A stretch of 64,000 nt of DNA, taken from Takakia lepidozioides. Lineage: Eukaryota; Plantae; Bryophyta. Position 1 is the first letter of the stretch. Each line of letters starts with the position of its first letter. Made by a program: the position numbers and the translations under genes. The stretch covers positions 7,502,001-7,566,000 of the forward strand of contig CM060733.1 in NCBI GenBank assembly GCA_030704615.1, written 5' to 3'. Shown in pieces: positions 27,971 to 38,094 of this stretch. The notes under the pieces were generated by a model. It searched no databases, was not told the origin of the DNA, and saw only the letters and a list, made by a program, of their open reading frames with translations.

Positions 27971-28335
27971 TATGTCGAGGCCTAAGTGAGGCCCAAGTGC
28001 GACCTCTAGGGCGTCATGTACCTTTGGCCTATGTGTGAAGAACTGAAATCTAAGACCAAGTGCAATTTCCTATGTATCCCAGTGCGTTTCCTATGTCGAG
28101 GCCCAAGTGCGACCTCTAGTGTAGGCTATGTTGTTGGCCTATATGTGAAGAATTGAAATCTAAGACCAAGTGCAATTTCCTATGTATCCAAGTGCGTCTC
28201 TTATGTCGAGGCCCATCTAAGCCCAAGTGCAATCTTCTATTCATGTATCCAAGTGCATCTCCCATGTAGAGGCCCAAGTGTCCAGTGTCATGTAAGCCCA
28301 CATGTAATCTCCTATGTATCCCATATCAAGGCCCA
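27971..28335. repeat. Complex minisatellite built on CCAAGTGC/TATGT cores with a ~110-bp higher-order unit
   Basis: GCCCAAGTGCGACCTCTAG at 27991 and 28101; GAAATCTAAGACCAAGTGCAATTTCCTATGTATCC occurs twice; further degenerate cores. Confidence 0.85.
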
Positions 28336-31007
28336 ATTTGTTTTTTTCCATGAATTTATTGAGTAGTAATATATCCAATCATTATTGATATATCTCCTGT
28401 CGAGGCTCCAAGCATTGTCCCAAGAAAGCCCACTTTGCCATTTTTTACCAATTTCCAACGACGAAAAGTACTTAAAATTCGACATCTCCTACACCGCAAG
28501 TCCCAAAATCATGAGACCAAGCCGGTGCACCCCTCCTCATCGAGGGCTTTCCAACAGTACCAAGCACCAGGGCTGGGGCCTTGCAGTTTGGGACATCTCA
28601 ACTCTACAAAACAAACAAAACAAATGTCTCGATTCATATATTGATATGGCTACCAAAAATTTACATACCAGAAAACCACGTGTGTCATCGAAGATAAAAA
28701 AAAATACAACCCACCCTCCCCTAGGCCTCCATGGCTTGCTAGTTTGGGGGGGGGGATTTAGCACATAGTGATAAAGATAAAGTTTCTCTTAAATCCAGTG
28801 AATTTACAGAGCCTACTGTTCAACACGCAGGCCATCAAGGGCCCAATGGACTTGTAAATGAACTTGCAACGGCAAAGTGACAGAGAGAGAAGACTCAGCT
28901 AGTAACTAACAGCCACTTTGCTTTGGGGGTGACAAAAGTGATACCAGCATGTCGTCTGTAAATTGAGGTTGGTAGTTGTTCACTCCTTATCCTTAGTACG
29001 AAATAGGTCACTTGACATTGAAGGGTGATTATAACCTTATATCATGTTGTTTGTTTGAGATCATACTACCTCCTAGTGTGACACTCGCTTCCAATAAAGG
29101 CCCATTCTGTTCAATGTTAATACAGACTAATATTGGATCATGGATGGTAATTGGATTGTTTGATTAGTTCGAGTTCTTTCCCCCCTTGTACGCACTTTTG
29201 AGAAAAACATCTAGGGGGGGCACTCCGAAAATCCTGCAACTACCATAGGCAGGGCCTTATCTTTCCCAGGGCAAAATGTGGAATCTTGAAACCAGGCGAT
29301 TACACGTGGGGACATCCCCATTATTACAAAGGAAATTTCAGCCAATGTTTTGCGATTTAGTCAATATTGGCATGCAATTTTGAAGTGCTATACAAGAATC
29401 TGGAATCTGGATCTGGATGCCCCACAAAATCTCCAAGATGGTGCACTTTTGTTGGCTTCTCTTTATTCACATCCCAGCGAAAAATGGCTTAGCACCTATT
29501 GTGCCTTCTCCAGGTGTCACCTCTACCTGCTTTGCATAAAACTACTTCCATGATGTGCCTTTTCATGATTTGCCTTGTCAAGGTTACACCTACCTCACAT
29601 GACATCTCTATTATTGAACATAGACAATAAGTGGATATTCAAGTTTATTGGCTCTGTCCCTTCAGGGCAGAGCATGTTGAAGTCAATGGAGAAAATCTGG
29701 TCAACGGACCTTACACCATGTCAAGAGTTGGTCTACAAAAGCTCTTTAGTATAAACCATGTTGCAGCTTGCCTCTCGCAATTTGCGGCTTGTTATTGATG
29801 AGAGTAGATTCTACTATTCACAAGGAGGAGCCTAGTCGCTTGTTCCATATGTATGGATTTCAAAGGCACAGCTAACTGTCAAGGGCACTCTACACCATAT
29901 GCACTTCCAGCTTTGATATACTGAACCTCTTTGCCCTTGTCCAAAACTATCAGGCTGACACATGTAGGGTGAGATCAAAAGAATATGACATTCCCTGTGC
30001 CACTATGTAGAACCACTTGGACTATGCGGGTTCTGCACCAGGGTACCGAGCTCCTTGCAAAACACCCCCCCCCCACCGGCTTCCCTTCCATGCGTGGTTC
30101 CATGTGCATAGCAACTGCCGATTATGCATGTATGCATAACTGTAACCGGCCGGGTATACTCCTGCCTCACCATACCCTACTAACACTGGTTGATACCTGG
30201 TGCAGAACTTCAGAACCGCTCAACACTAGCAATTACAGCTCACCAACCTCCATCATATACATTGTTTTTTGTTTTGAAGGAGCGGCTGAGACCAACTGCA
30301 GGGCCACGCGGACATGTGACTTGATCAGCACTGGCACCGGCTTTCCAGGACACTAGCAGTCTGGCCAATTGTTTCATACATGCTCCCAAATCTGGTCTCG
30401 AACTGCAATTGTGTTCTGAAGTGGGTGGAGTAGGTGGAGACTCTCCCCTAACCTGAACTCCACCATGCACAAACTGCAATTCATGCCACATCAATCAATA
30501 ACCGAATACCCACCGCAGTCACTATGCGAACTTTCAAGTGGCCGCCATGGGTTAGTTCTTGGTGGCTTAAAGCTAGCTTCGACGACATTCATGCAAGTTA
30601 GTCAAGGGCTCTATCTGAAGCAGCACCATGAGAAACATACAAACATGTCCAAATTTAAGATGCTGAACAAACTTGTGCACAGGGCTGCCCCTCTAATTCA
30701 TTATGAATCGTATTGACTTCCATCTTCAAGCTTTGGAGAAGCTCCACCACCCACCCCAGAATTAGGACCACACTCTGATTTCCTTCCACTATCACCAGAG
30801 TCAGTTTCAAAATCCCCTCTACCTGCTCCAGTCAAGTGCAATTATGAGCTGACTCCCACCTATGCTGGGTAGACCCCACTATCCCCCAGGAAATGCCATC
30901 AACAGTACATCATGGTCAATATTCTCAAGAAATGGTGGATGAACTGAGTAGCTACACAGATCAATGAATGAAGCAAGACACTCGCACCTTTCCAGAAAAC
31001 CATCATT

Positions 31008-34000
31008 TCACCAGTAATCCCCACAGGAACAGACCCCATCTTCAAAGTGGTGAAAGTGGTTAGCGTCCCGTACAACAATTGCCAACAATCTTTGAGGTGA
31101 ACTTGGTGGAGGTGTGGCATTCACCATACACCCGAAGCTTCTTGATGAGACGGAGAGCCGTCCTAGGGCCAGTGCTGATCAGCCCAAAACCAATGGCCAG
31201 TTTCTCACTGTGGTGGCAAAGAGAACTCCTCCCCCACATCATGCAATACGAAGTGCTCGTCAGGCACATACCTGGCCTCCTTCATCTGCCCAGACAATCT
31301 TCTTAGCTCAGCATGGATTTCCTTAAGTTCGGGATGCAATTTGTCATCTACAACAAAGGTGTGCACTCTGTTGCCAACCTCAATCCAGCAGCGACCTGGT
31401 TTCTTTCTAACCACCCTGACCTTCATCAATTTCTCACCTTTGCACTCTAGTTGTACCTGCCAGCTGAGGCATAGATGTTTGATAGCAACACATAAGTCGC
31501 GGCATCCTGTTCATCCCTTCGAGAATAGATGTTGCCACACGTTCAGCCATCTCCACATTGCCATGGATTCTGCAGGCACCAAGCAAGGCCTTCCACACCA
31601 CAACATCTGGTTTGATTGGCATTCTACTAATGAGGTCCTCTGCCTCATCCAATTGCCCTGCACGTCCAAGGAGGTCCACCATGCAGCCAAAGTGCTTTAC
31701 TGTCGGGGTGACACCATGATCTTCACTCAGGGAATCGAAGTAGCGTCTTCCTTCATCCAGTAGGCCAGCGTGGCTGCATGCAGAGAGGACACATATAAAG
31801 GCGATACTGTCCGGCTTCAAGCCTTCCTTTTGCATTCCTTCAAATATTTGCAGGGCCTCCCTATGACAACCATGCTGGGTATATGCTGCGATCATCGCAT
31901 TCCAGGACACCACATCTCGTCCGGCCATGCTGTCGAACACTCCCTTTGCATCCTCAATGCATCCACATTTGGCATACATGTCCACGAGGGTACAGTTCAG
32001 AATGACATCTGGTACAATTCCAGCTTTGACAATGTCACCATGGACCTCTTTGCCCTTTTCCAGGGCTGCCAGGCTCGCACACGCATTGCAAACACAAACA
32101 AATGTGATGTGGTCAGGCTTCACCCCTTCCCGCATCATTTGCTCATAGGTCTCCAAAGCCTCCATCCCACGCCCCTGCTGTGCATATCCTGCAATCATCG
32201 CATTCCACGACACCACATCTCGTTCAGCCATATTGTCGAACACTCCCTTTGCATCCTCAAGGCTCCGACATTTGGCATACATGTCCACCAGGGCAGTGTT
32301 CAGAATGACATCTGGTACAATTCCAGCTTTGACGATGTCACCATGGACCTCTTTGCCCTTTTCCAGGGCTGCCAGGCTTGCACATGCCTTGCAAATGCAA
32401 GCAAATGTGATGTGGCTCGGCTTCACCCCTTCCTGCACCATTTGCTCATAGGTCTCCAAAGCCTCCATCCCGCGCCCCTGCTGTGCATATCCTGCAATCA
32501 TTGCGTTCCAGGACACCACATCTCGTTCATCCATATTGTCAAACACTCCCTTTGCATCCTCGATGCACCCACATTTGGAATACATGTCCACCAGGGTGCT
32601 GTTCAGAATGACATCTGGTACAATTCCAGCTTTGACAATGGCACCATGGACCTCTTTGCCCTTTTCCAGGGCTGCCAGGCTCGCACATGCATTGCAAACG
32701 CAAACAAACGTGATGTGGTTGGGCTTCACCCCTTCCCGCACCATTTGCTCATAGGTCTCCAAAGCCTCCATCCCACGCCCCTGCTGTGCATATCCTGCAA
32801 TCATCGCGCTCCATGACACCACATTTCGTTCGGCCATATTGTCAAAAACTCCCTTTGCATCCTCAATGCACCCACATTTGGCATACATGTCCACCAGGGT
32901 ACTGTTCAGAATGACATCTGGTACAATTCCAGCTTTGACGATGTCACCATGGACCTCTTTGCCCTTTTCCAGGGCTGCCAGGCTCGCACATGCATTGCAA
33001 ATGCAAACAAATGTGACGTGGTTGGGCTTCACCCCTTCCCGCACCATTTGCTCATAGGTCTCCAAAGCCTCCATCCCACGCCCCTGCTGTGCATATCCTG
33101 CAATCATCGTGCTCCATGACACCACATTTCGTTCGGCCATATTGTCAAACACTCCCTTTGCATCCTCAATGCACCCACATTTGGCATACATGTCCACCAG
33201 GGTACTGTTCAGAATGACATCTGGTACAATTCCAGCTTTGACGATGTCACCATGGACCTCTTTGCCCTTTTCCAGGGCTGCCAGGCTCGCACATGCATTG
33301 CAAATGGAAACAAATGTGATGTGGTTGGGCTTCACCCCTTCCCGCACCATTTGCTCATAGGTCTCCAAAGCCTCCATCCCACGCCCCTGCTGTGCATATC
33401 CTGCAATCATCGTGCTCCATGACACCACATTTCGTTCGGCCATATTGTCGAACACTCCCTTTGCATCCTCAATGCACCCACATTTGGAATACATGTCCAC
33501 AAGAGTACTGTTCAGAATGACATCTGGTACAATTCCAGCTTTGACGATGTCACCGTGGACCTCTTTGCCCTTTTCCAGGGCTGCCAGGCTTGCACACGCA
33601 TTGCAAATGCAAACAAACGTGATGTGGTTGGGCTTCACCCCTTCCCGCATCATTTGCTCATAGGTCTCCAAAGCATTCCTACCACACCCATGCTTGGTAA
33701 ATCCTGCCATCATTATATTCCACGTGACCAAACATCGTTTAGGCATTCTGTTGAACACTTGGTGAGCATCCATGATGCTCCCACACTTAACATACATGTT
33801 GACAAGGGTGTTGTGTAGAAAAACGTTTGGCTTGAATCCAGTTTGGATAATGTGAGCGTGCACCTGCTTTCCAGCTTCCAGGCCTTTTATCTTGATGCAC
33901 TTATGCAAGAGACAGACATAAGTATCTGTCTCTGCTGAAATGCCTCCTTGGTTTAAAGTCTGTAGAGCCTCTTTCAGTCGCCCTGCCTCACAGAGCATCC

Positions 34001-36394
34001 TCGCATGCCCAGAAGAGGCATTGTTGACTCCCTCCCTTGGTCCTCTTTGGGAAGCTGTGGTCATGGTTGAGGTGCCTGATTTTATCAACGGTGCCACTGG
34101 CGCTGGTGCTTCCACTACCCATGCAGGTTTCTTGTAGCTATCAGTCCACAGGGAATCATGGGTAATCTTGTGCTTGAAATCCGGCCCTCTTGGATGAATC
34201 TGGACCCACACTCTATCCCTGCTCCTTCAGCTATCCCTGCCTCTGAACAAATCATGCATACGTTCTCCCCTTGCTGCTAGCAGCTGACAATGACAGCCTA
34301 GATTTCTTCTAGCAAACAACCCAACCCTACCTATCACACTAGTTCCTATTCTGAACTGCGTTTGTTTCCTAACAGGCATTCACCTTTTTGCATCGATTGT
34401 CCCACCATTGACTGGGGTTGGAAAAATATTCATTCCAAAGCTCCTCATCTCTGTTATCTGTTTTTGGATACTTTCCTGTTGCCACATTGGCAGTAACATG
34501 TCAAAATCACTCCAAACCACCATAGATCCACCCGATGAGCTAACTTGCAGAATTCAACCTGAAAAAATAGGGACGGATCAGATAAGAGGGCAAAACAGCC
34601 TGAAATGTGATGAAGAAGGTGCTTCATTAGCAGTGCCTGAATTGATCAATTGTGCTGCCACCGCCGCTGCTTCCAGTTGACCATCTACCCATGCAGGTTT
34701 CTTGTCGCTATCAATCCACAGGGAATCATAGGCAATCTTGTGCTTGAAATTTGGTCCTCTTGGGTGAATCTGGACCCAAACTCTATCCCTACTCCTTCAG
34801 CTATCCCTGCCTCTGCACCAGTCATGTAAAGATCCTCGCCTTGCTGCTAGCAGCTGACTATGACAGCCTAGATTTGTTCTAGCAAACACCCCCACCCTAC
34901 TTATCATGCACTAGTTCGTATGCTGAATTGCTCCCAGGACTTTAAAAATGTGCTGGGGAGATGACAATTTCCAGCTAACCTTTGCATTGCATCTTGTTGT
35001 CTGCTTGTCTCTGTAATCTAACAGACATTCACCTTTTTGCCTCAATTGTCCCACCATTGACAGGGGTCGGACTCCAGAGCTTCTCCTTGTCTCTGCTAGC
35101 TGGTTTTGGAGATTTTCCTGCTGCCACATTGGCAGTAACAGTGAAAATCACTCCAAACCATCACATATCCACCCAGTGAGCTTACTTGCAGAATTCAACA
35201 CAAAAATTTACAGACAACTCTGATAAGAGAGCAAAACAGGCTGAAACGTGTTGGAGAAGAAGGTGCCCTCACCAAATCGTCCTTGATCTTGTGTTGTGAA
35301 AGCAGCTAGCTTCTCTTTCAACCATGGAGGATTCAACCGACCATCAACCCAAAAGGACCTCTTGTGTGTGCTGCATATGTCTGTAGTCAGGTGATCTCGG
35401 ATTGGTCTGTGAGGAGAACCGCGACGGTGCAGCTGAGCAGCCATAGATTTAAACTCGGTCTCCTAAGAGCTTGACCCTCCAAGTACCGTGTAAACACCAG
35501 GAAAATTACCAAATCATGATACTAACACGAAGAACCCACATTTGCAGGATGGACAAGCTTCTTCACATCGTACATTAAGAAAGCCACACCTTGCGGCTGC
35601 GTTTGTCCCACCATTGAGAAGGATGTTTGACAAACTCGTGCCAGCTCTCCTCCATGCTCCACAGTAGACCTTAGTGCCCGAACATCCCACACCATCAAAT
35701 TTTTGACAATTCCCTTATGGAGGAGTGCTAGCGAGCTTTCCACGACATTCATGCAAGTCGCTTCGAGCTCGATTGGACTCTACACAATGAGGAACATTCG
35801 AACATGTCCAAACTTACACATATGAAAAACCAGCTTACATGTGTGGTCTAGAGATTTTGCAGTGGCATGTGAAAACGACCAGGGAGCAGCTGAGCAGCCA
35901 CAGTCTCAACCCTCCCAAGTACCTTATAAACTCCAGGTCAAGACCTTGTGCATCCTAATACGCAATACGGACAGTAAAAGCAGTTTCTGCAGAACAAAAT
36001 GAGATTCTGACTTCACTCAACAGCCGTATAATCCAGTCCACACTATACGATCATACCAGAGTTCAGTCAAACTCCCTTTCTCATCCTACATGAAGAAAGC
36101 TCACCTTACCGAGGCTACTGTCCCACCACTGTGAAGGACCTTCAAAGAAGTCATGCCAGCACAGTTTTTTCATGCTCCAGCGTAGACCTACACGCCAGAC
36201 ATACCAATTATCGGCCTTGCCTACCGATCCTTCGCGCTTTCTTGCTTCTTTAAAGCAAAACTCCGAGCCTGGATCGGATCTCACACACACAACAACACAC
36301 AACAACACAGCGACCCCACAAAAAAGGAGACCGCGAAGTGTTTCGTGTCCTTACCTAATTTGAATGGCATCCCTGAAGGCGCCATGGCCACCAT
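31008..36394 (-). pseudogene. OSB-PDF(x3-4)-PLS-PPR-E-DYW chimera (paralog B); PPR array still open (34199-31434), E/DYW tail and most upstream PDF exons disrupted
   Basis: PDF half-motif exons at 36268-36105, ~35660-35590, 35406-35273, 35120-35033, 34769-~34629, 34478-34384 and 34199 onward. The ORF shifts frame after ILEG. The tail has further frameshifts, an in-frame TAG, RVCGDC changed to RVYGEC, and ends GDYW* at 31008. Confidence 0.88.
31850..33720 (-). repeat. 303-bp tandem repeat (one L-S-P triplet, 101 aa) x ~6, near-identical at the DNA level
   Basis: ALEKGKEVHG occurs six times. Shadow ORFs start at 32233, 32536 and 32839, and at 33109 and 33412, each step exactly 303 bp. Confidence 0.95.
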
Positions 36395-36806
36395 TCGCAA
36401 CAGACTCCGTCTCACCGAGCTCTCTGAAGGGATGCTCCACAGCCGCGATGAAGAGACAGTTCCCTACTATGTGGAACGGGCCGGGTCCCTTGTAATGTGC
36501 TGGCCGAGGATTTCTGGGAAGCCGTTCTACAGCATCAGAGCTGAGGTGGCAGCTTGAACAGCCGATTCGGGATGCAGAATCGGCCGCCGTCCGTGGAACG
36601 GCCTCCTCTCTAGATTGCGCCACGTAATCATGTGTGAACTTTAAGGAGCCAATAAAACTAGGGTCTCATTCAGGCCGGCAATAAGAGAAAGAATCCCCTT
36701 TCTTTCTTTTTTTTCTTTTTTTTCAAAATTTTAAAGGGAAACACCTGGGACTCTGGGAGCGACAGCTCACAAATCAGGCCCATTGATAGTGAGGGGAGAA
36801 AATAAC

Positions 36807-37638
36807 CAGTGTTGTGCGGGTTCTGCCTTTTTAAGGAACCCGCCGGGTCTGGGTGCGGGTTTGTTTTTGGAGCCAAGTCCGGGTCCGGATTTTGAAATTT
36901 GGAAAATCGGGGTGCGGGTTCGGGTCCGGGTTTGTCAACACGGACTCGGGTTAGGGTCTGGGTAGTTGTTGGGAAATATTAGCGGTTCCCGGGTTCGGAT
37001 CCGGATCCTAATTTATTGATTAAATAAATTAGAAAATTAAGATTAATTAGGGATAAATTTATTTTTGGCTGGAAAAAACTTTAAATCCTAATAATGAATT
37101 TTATTTTAAGAGACATTCCTTCAAAATATACCATGAATATGAATATGTATACCATGAATAAGAATTAATCTATTTTTCAATATCAATTCTTTAAACGTGT
37201 TAAGAATAGTAATATGCCTCAAGGGTAGATCACTATAGCATGGATGTGTGGGATCTGGCATAATAATAATATATGACGTCTCCTTTGGGAGGTGTAAATT
37301 ATGATCCCAGAGGGCACAACTTTGTGACACCACTCCGGGGATTGAACCCACAACCGCTTTTGAGGTGGTATGTGGGCATGACCACTGGGCTACAACGTGG
37401 TGGGGCTGGCTGCTGCAGTGGCCTATTACTGCTCGTCCCCTCCACACATATGACAAAACCTACCAGATCCAAGGTGGACCCGGTATGCCCCATCTAAATT
37501 TAAGACCCCGACCCTGACCCGCTACAATGGCCCAAAGGTAGCGGGTTTAACAGTTCTGGACCCAGCAGGCGGGTCCGGGTAACCCGGATCCTAACCCGCC
37601 GGGTACCCGCCTTCAAAACCCGGACCCGCACAACACTG
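36807..37638. mobile_element. Non-autonomous hAT element (MITE), 832 bp
   Basis: 15-bp perfect TIR CAGTGTTGTGCGGGT / ACCCGCACAACACTG. 8-bp TSD AAAATAAC at 36799-36806 and 37639-37646. Many subterminal CGGGT/ACCCG repeats. Confidence 0.93.
37257..37405 (-). mobile_element. tRNA-derived SINE-like element nested in the hAT MITE
   Basis: On the minus strand: A box TAGCCCAGTGG (37392-37382), B box GGTTCAATCCCC (37348-37337), CACCAC/GTGGTG acceptor-like stem, (TAT)n tail. A related copy lies at ~57017-57165. Confidence 0.75.
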
Positions 37639-38094
37639 AAAATAACCTCTTTCACAGTAACCATGCCATGGAGGCTGAGAAATGGGACACCGCCCAGTGA
37701 AGAGGGGGAAATATACCACACCCGTCAAGTAGCAGGATTTGACCCCAGAATCATCTGGGTGGCACTCCGTGCACTATCCAACTGAGTCCCTTGGTGAGTC
37801 CCCTTTCCTTAAGCAAAAAACAAAAAGAAAACAAAAAGAAAGGGAGGACTGCGAGTCTGTTGGTGACTAGGAAGTCCATTGCAGCGCTTGGTAACCCTGG
37901 AAGGCTGCAGAGCAGGCATGGTGGTGTAGCGGTTGTGGAGGGCGAGGGAGACATCGACAGAACTGGGTTTGGTTTGTGGCTGAGGATTGTCTTTGGGGTT
38001 TGGTGGAAGGGTTGAAGGGTCTGGAGAAGAATTGTGGGTGTCTTGAGGAGGGAGAGGATCGAGGCAGTCTTGGAAGGTTGCGGGAAGAGGAAAG

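Noticed and set aside
27971-28335. CRISPR-like array
   Set aside because: Spacers are themselves repeated and variable in length, the context is eukaryotic, and no cas genes are present; it is a minisatellite.
31770-33818. Plus-strand ORFs (348 aa and repeated 72-83 aa) opposite the PPR array, and similar ones at 15-16 kb and 47-49 kb
   Set aside because: Antisense shadows caused by repeat periodicity and codon usage; no independent protein features.
34115-34255. Apparent conserved uORF ending ..ATRNLHG* upstream of the PPR genes
   Set aside because: It is an alternative frame of the PDF exon; synonymous changes favour the PDFKHK frame and paralog D does not keep it.
37330-37405. Functional tRNA gene
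   Set aside because: A and B boxes are present but there is no convincing anticodon arm; it continues into a tail and has a diverged second copy, which fits a SINE.
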